From positions 33,664 through 97,663 of the forward strand of contig JAKAFL010000003.1 of NCBI GenBank assembly GCA_021817945.1: a DNA stretch of 64,000 nucleotides, read 5' to 3'. This document shows, piece after piece, positions 30,801 to 39,882 of the stretch (the first letter of the stretch is position 1; each line of letters starts with the position of its first letter). Position numbers and translations under genes: made by a program. The notes below the pieces were generated by a model, which saw only the letters and a program-made list of their open reading frames with translations, was not told the origin of the DNA and did no database searches. Source of the DNA: a bacterium (GTDB lineage: Bacteria > Verrucomicrobiota > Verrucomicrobiia > Limisphaerales > UBA11358).

Positions 30801-30830
30801 AAAAGACCGGACTAAAAGTCCGGTCTTTTT
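30801..30830. terminator. Bidirectional rho-independent terminator hairpin
   Basis: aaaaAGACCGGACtaaaaGTCCGGTCTtttt: a 9-bp GC-rich stem and 5-nt loop, with T-runs following the stem on both strands (7 T on the minus strand). Confidence 0.65.
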
Positions 30831-31369
30831 GGTGACAAGGTTTATACGCCTTCACCCAGGCGCTCAGAAGGGCAACGCAGCCAACTTGAGTCGCTGTCCG
30901 AGCTGCGCCGCAAGCAAAACCCCTATGCCAACCCTAAACGGACAGCGAAATTTTCCTCGATCCACTTGGATTCGATTTTAACTATTTTTATATCCAAAAC
31001 TTTTTGCTGCCAACCCGCCCGACTTCAGACACCGCCACTCCCCCAAACACCACTGCCAACCCTGAGTCACTATCTACTTTCCCAATCTCCTCGTGCCGCG
31101 ATCCCCACCCCGATACGTCTAAAAACGGTTCTACTAATCAAAGACGCTTGCCGGTCTCAAAAGGTTCAAAAAAAATCATTGGGAACCTTTATTTTTTAGA
31201 CGCGCTGCCCCAATTCACAAAAGCGCCACTCCAGCCCATTCGCTCCAATCATTTTGCCCGGTTGGCTGTTTCATCCTACCGCTCCCACAGCACTTCAAAA
31301 AACCACCCTACCACCGAACCTTGGCGTCAAAATCGAATACCCATACAATTCACCATTTGGTTACTTTTG

Positions 31370-32110
31370 TCAAACTCCGGGCAGATCTGTATAAATCCGC
31401 GAGGCAGAGCGGACCTTGATGACGCGGGCTAGCGGGGTGTTTCCATTCGGTGACAGGGATGCCTTCAAGGCAGGGGTTTTTCCAGTTCCAGAGGCCAAAA
31501 CCCACACCTGCCGGGCGGCGGCAATGGCCGCAAGGCTCAGGGAGAGCCTTATGGGCGGCGGTTTGGGAGAATCCGTGACCACAATGAACGCATCAGGGGA
31601 TTGCCATAAATCCATGGGGGTATTGGGGAAAAGGGAAGCCACATGCCCATCCTCGCCCATTCCAAGAAACACCCAGTCCAATTGCGACATTGCCCCGCCC
31701 ACGGTGGGCAGGATACTGGCCAGTTCGGCGCATGCTGCAGCAACGGTTTCAGCCGGGTTTGCTTCTCCCCGCAACCGGTGAACGCAACGCGACTGAATTT
31801 GGAGTGGTTTCAACAAAAGCTCATTGGCCAGTTTGAAATTGCTTTCAGCGTCTTCAGGAGGCACACAACGTTCATCCGCCCAAAAAAAGTGACAATTACC
31901 CCAGTTCAAGGGTCTTTTGTGGGCGATATCAACCACCTCGTTGAAAAAGGTCTGGGTGATGCGCCCGCCTGAAAGCGCCACTCCCAAAGGCCTGTCCTGC
32001 TGGGATAAGAGCGCCAGTTCATCCAGCCAATGCTGTGCGGCAGCACGAGCAAGAATCTGGGGTGAGGAGAAATGAATCAATTCATGGTTCATCGGAACAA
32101 TCCTTTCCAC
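31370..32110 (-). CDS. pgl: 6-phosphogluconolactonase
   Basis: GVALSGGRITQTFF...WGNCHFFWADERCVPPEDAESNF...LGMGEDGHVASLFP. The start may instead be the Met at 32092. Confidence 0.9.
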   Translation of the reverse strand: MERIVPMNHELIHFSSPQILARAAAQHWLDELALLSQQDRPLGVALSGGRITQTFFNEVVDIAHKRPLNWGNCHFFWADERCVPPEDAESNFKLANELLLKPLQIQSRCVHRLRGEANPAETVAAACAELASILPTVGGAMSQLDWVFLGMGEDGHVASLFPNTPMDLWQSPDAFIVVTDSPKPPPIRLSLSLAAIAAARQVWVLASGTGKTPALKASLSPNGNTPLARVIKVRSASRIYTDLPGV

Positions 32111-32121
32111 TTATGTTTAAA

Positions 32122-32283
32122 CCCGCAAACCGAAACTCAAAAGGCGAATCCACCCCAATCTACTGGGCGCAAACTCTTTGGGAAAATCCCACCGGACCGC
32201 TTCGGGTATGGTTTCGATTTTTCCAAAAAGTTTCCGCTCCAGCATCTTGCCGCATCTTGACCCTTTCCATTTCGCCTTTCGGG
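32122..32283 (-). repeat. Palindromic dispersed repeat, copy C (inverted relative to A/B/E)
   Basis: It fills the zwf-pgl intergenic space. The reverse complement aligns with the other copies end to end. Confidence 0.85.
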
Positions 32284-32385
32284 TTAAAAGACTCAAAACC
32301 AAGCAAAGAGACTCGCCGCCTCTGGATTCATCCAACCGACGAGATTTGCCAACATCACTGCTTTTGGAACCTCTTCCAGAATTAA

Positions 32386-33945
32386 TCAGGGGTTGATCAA
32401 ATGAGGTTCGTGCCATTCGTGGCCGCTTTGGGCAAGCAAATCCTCTGCAGCGATGGGTCCCCAAGTGCCGGCAGCATAAAACTCGCGGTTGGTCAAGGGT
32501 TTGCCATCCCATGCACTGCGAATCGAATCCACAATTTGCCAGGCCGTCTCCACCTCATCGCGGCGGATGAAAAGCGTCGCATCCCCTGAGATGGCCTCCA
32601 GAAGCAAACGCTCGTAGGCTTCCGGGGTATAGGCGCCAAACTCGGCATCGTAGCTGAAATGCATTCGCACAGGCCGCACACCCAGGCTCATGCCAGGCAC
32701 TTTGCCGTTGAAATGCAGGGAAATCCCTTCATTAGGCTGGAGCCTCAGGGTCAACCCGTTCGCATCCAATTGATTGCCGCATTGGGCTGCAAAAAGAACA
32801 TTCGGAGTCGGGCGAAATTGTATCCTCACTTCGCTCGCGCTCATGGGCAGGTTTTTGCCTGTTCGCAGGTAAAAAGGCACACCGCTCCACCGCCAATTAT
32901 CAATGAACAATTTCAAGGCCACAAAGGTTTCCACGTTGGAATTCAAATTCACCTTCGGCTCCTGGCGGTAGCCGGGTCGCACCTGTCCATCCACCGAACC
33001 CGCAAAATACTGGCCTCGCACCACCTGCCGCGCCACGTCCGCTGGACTTAAGGCACGAATGGATTTGAGCAGTTTCACCTTTTCGTTCCGGACCGATTCC
33101 GCCTCCAACGACACCGGCGGTTCCATCGCTATCAAGGATAAAACCTGAAGCATATGGTTTTGCACCATGTCCCGTATGGCACCGGCTTCCTCGTAATACC
33201 CGCCGCGGTCCCCAACCCCGAGTTTCTCACTCACCGTCAACTGCACATGATCCACCGAGTTCCGGTTCCAAAGCTGCTCAAAAATGGAATTGGAAAAGCG
33301 AAACATCAGGATATTTTGGACTGTCTCCTTTCCAAGGTAATGGTCAATGCGGAAAACCTGCTGTTCGTTGGCAAAGCGAGTGAGTTCCTGGTTCAGGGTC
33401 TCTGCCGAAGCCAGGTCATGTCCAAACGGCTTTTCCACAATGATCCGGCCCATTCCGACGTTGTTGGTTCCCTTTTGCAGCAGTTTGGCCAGGTGTAATT
33501 GTTCCGCAACCACGCCAAATTGACTGGGCTGGGTGGCCAGGTAAAACAGCAGGTTCTCCCTCAAAGCTGGCTTTTGAAACCCGCTCAGCTTCTGCTCCAG
33601 TCTCTGATAAGCGGCAGCATCGGTCATATCCCCGACACAATAAAAAATGTTCTTGGAAAAGACCGACCAAACCTTGTCATCCACCGGTTTGGTGCGCGAA
33701 AATTTGGCGAGGTCGGCACGCAATTCCTGCCGCCACGATTCATCGGTTTTCTCCCGGCGCGCAAAGCCGACAATCCGAAAATCCGCCGGCATCTGTCCGT
33801 CTTTGCAGAGATGATAGAGGGCGGGAATGAGCTTGCGCGCGGTCAAGTCACCACTGGCGCCGAAAATGACGATGGAAAAAGGATCCAAGGTGGTGGCGCT
33901 TCCACTGACCACCGGCAACGCCTCCGAAGTGCTAGAACTATTCAT
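32386..33945 (-). CDS. zwf: Glucose-6-phosphate 1-dehydrogenase
   Basis: IVIFGASGDLTARKLIPALYHL, VFRIDHYLGKETVQN and EKPFG motifs. Confidence 0.95.
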   Translation of the reverse strand: MNSSSTSEALPVVSGSATTLDPFSIVIFGASGDLTARKLIPALYHLCKDGQMPADFRIVGFARREKTDESWRQELRADLAKFSRTKPVDDKVWSVFSKNIFYCVGDMTDAAAYQRLEQKLSGFQKPALRENLLFYLATQPSQFGVVAEQLHLAKLLQKGTNNVGMGRIIVEKPFGHDLASAETLNQELTRFANEQQVFRIDHYLGKETVQNILMFRFSNSIFEQLWNRNSVDHVQLTVSEKLGVGDRGGYYEEAGAIRDMVQNHMLQVLSLIAMEPPVSLEAESVRNEKVKLLKSIRALSPADVARQVVRGQYFAGSVDGQVRPGYRQEPKVNLNSNVETFVALKLFIDNWRWSGVPFYLRTGKNLPMSASEVRIQFRPTPNVLFAAQCGNQLDANGLTLRLQPNEGISLHFNGKVPGMSLGVRPVRMHFSYDAEFGAYTPEAYERLLLEAISGDATLFIRRDEVETAWQIVDSIRSAWDGKPLTNREFYAAGTWGPIAAEDLLAQSGHEWHEPHLINP

Positions 33946-34095
33946 GATCCAAATGATGCCCTACCCCGCGCATAAATCAATGGCGGTTTGAATTCAAAAT
34001 CCAGGATGGATCAATTGGATAATTCCGCCCGGTTTGCAAGGGCACAAACCGATGGTTGAACCGGTAGGAGATGGTTGAGCAACCAGTACTCCAAG

Positions 34096-34257
34096 CCCGA
34101 AAAACCAAATTCAAAGGGCCAATCCGCCCCAATCTACGGGGCACAAACTCATTGGAAAAATCCCACCAGACCGCTTCGGGTAGGGTTTCGATTTTCCCAA
34201 AAAGTTTCCGCTCCAGCATCCTGCCGTATTTTGCCGCTTTTACTTTCGCTTTTTGAG
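34096..34257 (-). repeat. Palindromic dispersed repeat, copy D (same orientation as C)
   Basis: It abuts the stop codon (34258-34260) of the upstream SDR gene. It is the most diverged full copy. Confidence 0.8.
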
Positions 34258-35043
34258 CTAAATGGACATGGCTGCAAACCCGCCGTCCACCACCATTTCC
34301 GTGCCGGTGATGAAGCTGCCGGCATCCGAGGCCAGCAGCAAAGTGGCACCGATCAACTCATGCGCTTCGCCGAATCGTTTCATGGGGGTTTTGGCCATGA
34401 TTTGCGCCACGCGTTCCGGGCTGAGAATCTTTCGGTTTTGCTCAGCCGGAAAGAAACCCGGAACCAGCACATTCACGCGCACGCCGGAGGCGGCCCACTC
34501 GCGGGCAAGGTTGAGGGACAGGTTATGGACCGCAGCCTTGGAGGCGGAGTAGGTAAAGACCCTCGACAGGGGCTTGAGACCGGAGGCGGAGCCCAGGTTG
34601 ATGATGCTGCCGGATTTTTGAGCCAGCATGTGGGCTCCAAAAACCTGGCAACCGAGCATCAATCCCTTCAAGTTGACCGTCAAAATACGGTCGAATTCCT
34701 CCTCGGAAATATCCAGGAAAGGCGTGGCCGAGTTGACACCTGCCCCGTTGACCAGCACATCAGCGCGACCCCAGCGGGCAAGAACCTCGGCCAGCAATTT
34801 TTGCAGGCTGGCGCGCGAGGTGGCATCACAGGCAAAGAAGGTCCCCTCGCCACCGGCGGCGCGGATTCGCTCTACTCGAACACGGGCCTTGGTCTCGTCC
34901 CTGCCGACCAGGGCCACCCTGGCGCCGGCTGCGGCCAATCCTTCCGCCATGGCCCCACACAATTCCCCGGTGCCGCCGATCACCACTGCCACGCGGTCTT
35001 TGAGGGAGAAAAGTTCAGCGTTTTTTTTCATTTTCATGGTCAT
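34258..35043 (-). CDS. SDR family oxidoreductase (gluconate 5-dehydrogenase / mannonate oxidoreductase-like)
   Basis: [21 protein letters not shown] and [12 protein letters not shown] (YxxxK), with C-terminus ...[11 protein letters not shown]. Confidence 0.85.
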   Translation of the reverse strand: MTMKMKKNAELFSLKDRVAVVIGGTGELCGAMAEGLAAAGARVALVGRDETKARVRVERIRAAGGEGTFFACDATSRASLQKLLAEVLARWGRADVLVNGAGVNSATPFLDISEEEFDRILTVNLKGLMLGCQVFGAHMLAQKSGSIINLGSASGLKPLSRVFTYSASKAAVHNLSLNLAREWAASGVRVNVLVPGFFPAEQNRKILSPERVAQIMAKTPMKRFGEAHELIGATLLLASDAGSFITGTEMVVDGGFAAMSI

Positions 35044-35046
35044 GAC

Positions 35047-36144
35047 TCACCTCTGCACCCGGGCGCTGCCACCGGCAAATGTTTTTTCCACCTCTTTGCG
35101 TGTCGCCATTGAGGTGTCGCCGGGCGTGGTGGACGCCAAGGCGCCATGCGCGGCCCCATAATCCACCGCTTTCTGGGCGTCATTGAATTCCAGAAAACCA
35201 AACTGCAGGCCGCTGGCAAAACTATCGCCACCGCCCACACGGTCCAAGATTTCCAGGCCTGGGTACTGTCGGCTTTCAAAAAAGCGGCCATCATGCCACA
35301 AGATCGCGCTCCAATCATTCTGAGTGGCGGTGATCACCCGGCGCAAGGTCGTGGCGGCCACCTTGAAATTAGGGTAGGTTTTGACCGCCGTCTCGATCAT
35401 GGCCTTGAATGCATCGGTCTCAATCTGGCTTAAATTGTGATCAGCGCCCTTGACCTCAAAACCCAGGCTGGCGGTAAAATCCTCCTCGTTGCCGATCATC
35501 ACGTCCACATACTTTGCGATTTCCCGGTTCACCTCCTGGGCCTTTTTCAAACCTCCGATGGATTTCCACAGGGAGGGACGGTAGTTCAAGTCGTAACTGA
35601 CCACGACGCCATGCTGTTTGGCGGCCTTGACGGCCTCGATGGTTAAAGCCGCGGTGGTCTCGGACAAGGCGGCGAAAATGCCGCCGGTATGCAGCCAACG
35701 GGTGCCAAGCCGCCCGAAGAGGTGGTTCCAGTCAAAATCGCCGGGTTTCAACTGGGACGCCGCCGAGTTGCCGCGATCTGGCACGCCCACCGCACCGCGA
35801 ATACCGAATCCCCGTTCGGTGAAGTTCAACCCATTGCGAATGCTCCTGCCGATGCCATCATCCGCCCGCCATAAAATGAAATCCGTTCCCACGCCGCCCT
35901 GCATGATGAAATCCTCAATGAGATGGCCCACCTCATTATCCACCAGGGCGGTGCAGACCGCCGTTTTGTAGCCGAAACATTTGCGCAAACCGCGAGAGGT
36001 GTTGTACTCGCCTCCGCCTTCCCAGGCGGTGAAATGACGGGCAGTTCGGATGCGGCCCTCGCCAGGATCCAGGCGCAGCATGATTTCGCCCAGGGAAATC
36101 TGGTCGAAGGCACAGGTTGATTTGTCGCGAAGTTGAATGGACAT
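35047..36144 (-). CDS. PfkB-family sugar kinase (2-dehydro-3-deoxygluconokinase-like)
   Basis: ISLGEIMLRLDPGEG...EGGGEYNTSRGL...DRVGGGDSFASG (PfkB signature region). Confidence 0.85.
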   Translation of the reverse strand: MSIQLRDKSTCAFDQISLGEIMLRLDPGEGRIRTARHFTAWEGGGEYNTSRGLRKCFGYKTAVCTALVDNEVGHLIEDFIMQGGVGTDFILWRADDGIGRSIRNGLNFTERGFGIRGAVGVPDRGNSAASQLKPGDFDWNHLFGRLGTRWLHTGGIFAALSETTAALTIEAVKAAKQHGVVVSYDLNYRPSLWKSIGGLKKAQEVNREIAKYVDVMIGNEEDFTASLGFEVKGADHNLSQIETDAFKAMIETAVKTYPNFKVAATTLRRVITATQNDWSAILWHDGRFFESRQYPGLEILDRVGGGDSFASGLQFGFLEFNDAQKAVDYGAAHGALASTTPGDTSMATRKEVEKTFAGGSARVQR

Positions 36145-36238
36145 ATGGGATGGAATGTTTTTGGTTAAGAAAGTTTGGAGTCGGTGTGGGTCCCGGGCAT
36201 AATCACGAACACATGGGCAGGAGGGCAGGTTTCACAAC

Positions 36239-37336
36239 TCAGAGGGTGACCGACTTGAAATCAGAAAGTTTCCATGGCGTTTCCCCAATCTCCACCGCCA
36301 GATGATTCAGTTCCTCGATTTCCGCCGGTTTGAAGAGAAGCCCTCCGTGCTTGCGGGACAAGCCAGCCCAATGGGCTTCCGGCTGGCCGGGCAAGAGGCA
36401 TTTTTCATTTCCATGCCCCAGGATGTCTTCAATGACAGCCTTGACATTCTGCATCTGGGTGCGGCCTTTGACATAATTCCTGCCCTGCAAAGCTTCAGGA
36501 TGGATGACTTGGAAGAAGAAGGTGGACCCGCGTTTTTCGCCTGAGTCGCCACGAGATGTTCCACGGATTTCGGGCAGTGAACCGCCAATCAAGCCTGCAT
36601 ACAACTCGTCAATCAGGCCGAGACCATAACCTTTATGTGCGCCAAACGGCAACAGGGCCACTGCGCGGCTGGGATCCACGGTGGGATTGCCCTCGCTGTC
36701 CACGGCACAACCCGGGGGCAATTGTTTTCCTTCCCGTTTGAACTGTTGAACCCGTCCCATGGCCACAGTGGAGGTGGCCCAATCTATGACAATCGGAAAC
36801 CCAATGGCATCCTGGGTGGGGAAAGCCCACGAATGGGGATTGGTGCCCATGGTGGGCGTGCGACCGCCGAACGGCACCACTTCAGAGGTGGCTGAAGTGC
36901 AGTTGGTATAGGCGAGATAACCCTTCAAGGCTGCATCCATGACATAACCACCGCCCCACAAGTAATGGGTGGCGTTGTCCACGCTGACCATGCCGACACC
37001 GTATTTATCCGCCAATTTCATGCAGGTGTCCATGGCCTCATAGGCCACAGCCTGACCCAGTTTGTTGTTTCCATTCCATATCTCAGATGCGAGAAAACGA
37101 GAAGGCCACCTTTCAATTTTTGCCCCGGGTTTCCATCGTCCAACCTTGCTGCCGAATAATTCGTCCAAGTGCAATGCCTTGATGGCATTGTGGGTGCGGA
37201 TACCATGATGCGCCGCGCTGGCGCAAAACCTGGCGCCCGCCGCCGCCTCATCGGCATCATATCCCCGGTGCAGATAGGCTTGGGTCACCAGGCGATCGTG
37301 AATTTCTTTGGGAATAACGTGATAAACTTCAGGCAT
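36239..37336 (-). CDS. Ldh_2 family (malate/L-lactate/sulfolactate dehydrogenase-like) oxidoreductase
   Basis: ...AHHGIRTHNAIKAL..., NPHSWAFP, GAHKGYGLGL. The track start at 37387 is a TTG that overlaps the upstream gene; the first ATG is at 37336. Confidence 0.8.
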   Translation of the reverse strand: MPEVYHVIPKEIHDRLVTQAYLHRGYDADEAAAGARFCASAAHHGIRTHNAIKALHLDELFGSKVGRWKPGAKIERWPSRFLASEIWNGNNKLGQAVAYEAMDTCMKLADKYGVGMVSVDNATHYLWGGGYVMDAALKGYLAYTNCTSATSEVVPFGGRTPTMGTNPHSWAFPTQDAIGFPIVIDWATSTVAMGRVQQFKREGKQLPPGCAVDSEGNPTVDPSRAVALLPFGAHKGYGLGLIDELYAGLIGGSLPEIRGTSRGDSGEKRGSTFFFQVIHPEALQGRNYVKGRTQMQNVKAVIEDILGHGNEKCLLPGQPEAHWAGLSRKHGGLLFKPAEIEELNHLAVEIGETPWKLSDFKSVTL

Positions 37337-37379
37337 AAAAAATGCGCGGGGTTGATGGTGTTTCGTCTTTATTTGTTTT

Positions 37380-38357
37380 TCAAACAAACTTCCGCACCGG
37401 CACTGCGGGGTTTACCTGCGCCAGGGGCGGCTCGCCATTCATGGCCAATATCAGGTTTTTGACCGCAGCGGTGGCTTGGCGCACCACGCTTTCATAGGTG
37501 CGGGATCCCACATGCGGTGTCACGACCACGTTGGGTAACTTCAACAAAGGATGATCCGCAGGAGGCGGTTCCTGGTCCAGCACATCGGTTCCATACCCGC
37601 CCACATGTCCGGATTTCAAAGCAGCCACCAAGTCTGGCGTGTTTACGATCTCGCCCCGGGCACAGTTTAAAATCAAAACCCCCTTCTTCATTCTGGCCAG
37701 GCTGCGGGTATTGATGAGGTCCCGCGTCTCGGGAGTCAGGTTGGTGTGAAGAGACAGATAATCACTCACGGCAAAAACATCATCCATTTGGGCAGCGGCC
37801 TCAATGCCGTGTTCGCGTAGGAATGCCTGGTCTGTGCTGCGGTCATAAGCCACCACTCGCATGCCAAAAGCCCTGGCACGAATAGCCACCTCGCGGCCAA
37901 TCCTGCCCAAGCCAATGATTCCCAATGTTTTTCCCAATAACTCGTGCCCGGTTTTCCGTTTCCAACCGCCGGACCGGGTGGAATCGGTGTGAAAAAGGAA
38001 ATTCTTTTCCAACGCCAGTAACAATAGAAAATTATGCTCCGCCACCGTGGTATGGTTTACTCCAGGCGTGAAAAGCAGCGGAATTCCAAACTCGGTGCAG
38101 GCTGCCACGTCAATTTTGTCCACCCCAATGCCATACTTGCTCAGCACTTTGAGTTTAGGGCGGGCTTTTTCGAGCACTTTACGCGTAATGGCATCATCCC
38201 CACACACATATCCATCCACATCACCCACCAGCGCCAGCGTATCAGCCTCATTCAAAGGCCCGCGTGCAGAAATGATTTCCCACCCTGTTTTCTTTAATAA
38301 ATCGTGGTGTTCTCCGGGCGTGTCTTGAAACGAGGTGGTGGTCAGTAAAATTTTCAT
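37380..38357 (-). CDS. D-isomer-specific 2-hydroxyacid dehydrogenase (PGDH/GyaR-like)
   Basis: GKTLGIIGLGRIGREVAIRARAFGMRVVAYD (NAD fold), ...ILNCARGEIV... and TPHVGS. Confidence 0.9.
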   Translation of the reverse strand: MKILLTTTSFQDTPGEHHDLLKKTGWEIISARGPLNEADTLALVGDVDGYVCGDDAITRKVLEKARPKLKVLSKYGIGVDKIDVAACTEFGIPLLFTPGVNHTTVAEHNFLLLLALEKNFLFHTDSTRSGGWKRKTGHELLGKTLGIIGLGRIGREVAIRARAFGMRVVAYDRSTDQAFLREHGIEAAAQMDDVFAVSDYLSLHTNLTPETRDLINTRSLARMKKGVLILNCARGEIVNTPDLVAALKSGHVGGYGTDVLDQEPPPADHPLLKLPNVVVTPHVGSRTYESVVRQATAAVKNLILAMNGEPPLAQVNPAVPVRKFV

Positions 38358-38373
38358 GAACGAGCGATGCTAT

Positions 38374-38404
38374 GAAACGAAAAGCCCCGATGCAATATCG
38401 GGGC
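38374..38404 (-). terminator. Rho-independent terminator downstream of the PilZ-like gene
   Basis: The minus strand reads GCCCCGAtattgcaTCGGGGC followed by ttttcgtttc. Confidence 0.55.
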
Positions 38405-38448
38405 CGACAAAAAAATTGCAGCGTTCTTTGATTTTTCTGCAGTCGCTT

Positions 38449-38838
38449 TTACCCCATTCCAAACGGTGAATGGGCAATCATGGCCAATTGACGCTCGGCT
38501 TGGGGAGTCAAACCTGTGAAAATCATGCTGACGTGGTAGCCAGAATGGCGATTGCCGGTGCAGGCGATAATCACGCCGTGGCAGGTGACTTTATAATCGC
38601 TCTCGGGGGATTGAAGCGTCACGGTCATTTCCGACCATTCACTGAAACCCGTTGGGCTCCTGAACTCGATGCCATTCTTGTGGATGGAGACCGTGTGAGC
38701 GGATAATTCCAACCGGGTTTGGCGAGCTTCCACTGTCACCGAGGGATCAAACCCGCCATCACCGACGAATTTTTTTGCACTCATAATCTGATAAACATTC
38801 TTTCGAGGATAATCTAACACGCGGATGGAATTCGTCAA
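38449..38838 (-). CDS. Small protein, possibly a degenerate PilZ domain
   Basis: EARQTRLEL...VSIHKNGIEF loosely fits the RxxxR ... D/NxSxxG PilZ pattern. Start uncertain (Met at 38784). Weak call. Confidence 0.4.
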   Translation of the reverse strand: MTNSIRVLDYPRKNVYQIMSAKKFVGDGGFDPSVTVEARQTRLELSAHTVSIHKNGIEFRSPTGFSEWSEMTVTLQSPESDYKVTCHGVIIACTGNRHSGYHVSMIFTGLTPQAERQLAMIAHSPFGMG

Positions 38839-38865
38839 ATGGCGAGACCATCCAAATTTTGACCT

Positions 38866-39882
38866 TTACCATTCAATCACCGCCGCGCCCCAGGTCAATC
38901 CTGCGCCAAAAACGACCAAAAGGATAAGGTCTCCGCGGTGAATCCGCCCGGAGGCCACCGCCTCATCCAGGGCAATGGCAACTGATGCGGCGGAGGTGTT
39001 GCCATATTTATGAAGATTTACAAACAACTGCTCCTCAGTGGTTCCGAGCCGTTCCCCAACAGCGCTGATGATTCGCTGGTTGGCCTGGTGGGGGATCACG
39101 CACTTGATTTTGGAAATATCCACCTCACAGCGGCGCATGGCCTCGTTGGCGGCGGAGACCATGGCATTAACGGCATTTTTGAAGGTTTCCTTTCCATCCA
39201 TCCGCAAAAAGTGAAGACCTTGGGCAACCGATTCCGGGGTGGCGGGGCAGGCACTGCCTCCACCTGGCATGGACAACAAATCCGCCTTGTTTCCATCCGA
39301 ACCCATGACTGCGGTGAGCAAACCGTGCGATTGGGGCCGGTTTTGCAAAATGGCAGCCCCGGCTCCATCGCCAAAAAGCACACAGGTGTTGCGGTCCTTC
39401 CAATTGACAATGGAGGACAGTTTTTCCGCCCCGATCACCAACACCGTTTCATAGGTGCGGGAGGCGATGAATTGCATTCCGATCTCGAGGGCGAAAATAA
39501 AGCCCGAACAGGCTGCCTCGATATCAAATGCCGCAGCACGTCCCGCCCCCAGCTTGCGCTGCACCAGGCAGGCAGTGGATGGAAAGGGCATGTCCGGGGT
39601 GAGGGTGGCCACAATAATGAGGTCTATTTGCTCGGGGGTCACTCGGGCCATTTTCATGGCATTACGGGCTGCATGGGTTGCCAGGTCCGAGGTAAACTCG
39701 TTGGCTGCAGCGATGCGCCGTTCCTTGATACCCGTGCGGGTCGTAATCCACTCATCCGTGGTTTCCACCATTTTTTCCAAGTCAGCATTGGTCAGAATCT
39801 TTTCTGGAACGTGGTGACCCACCCCCGTGATGGAGCAGGTTCGACTCAAAAAATCATGGGCTGCACGCGGGTTTTTCATCAA
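38866..39882 (-). CDS. fabH: 3-oxoacyl-ACP synthase III
   Basis: ...DEWITTRTGIKERR..., ACSGFIFAL (active-site Cys), HQANQRI and GNTSAAS. Confidence 0.95.
   Translation of the reverse strand: MMKNPRAAHDFLSRTCSITGVGHHVPEKILTNADLEKMVETTDEWITTRTGIKERRIAAANEFTSDLATHAARNAMKMARVTPEQIDLIIVATLTPDMPFPSTACLVQRKLGAGRAAAFDIEAACSGFIFALEIGMQFIASRTYETVLVIGAEKLSSIVNWKDRNTCVLFGDGAGAAILQNRPQSHGLLTAVMGSDGNKADLLSMPGGGSACPATPESVAQGLHFLRMDGKETFKNAVNAMVSAANEAMRRCEVDISKIKCVIPHQANQRIISAVGERLGTTEEQLFVNLHKYGNTSAASVAIALDEAVASGRIHRGDLILLVVFGAGLTWGAAVIEW

Noticed and set aside
31004-31432. 142-aa plus-strand ORF in the accA-pgl gap
   Set aside because: It is a P/T/S-rich translation of a C/A-rich stretch, overlaps the pgl 3' end, and has no motif or plausible start context.
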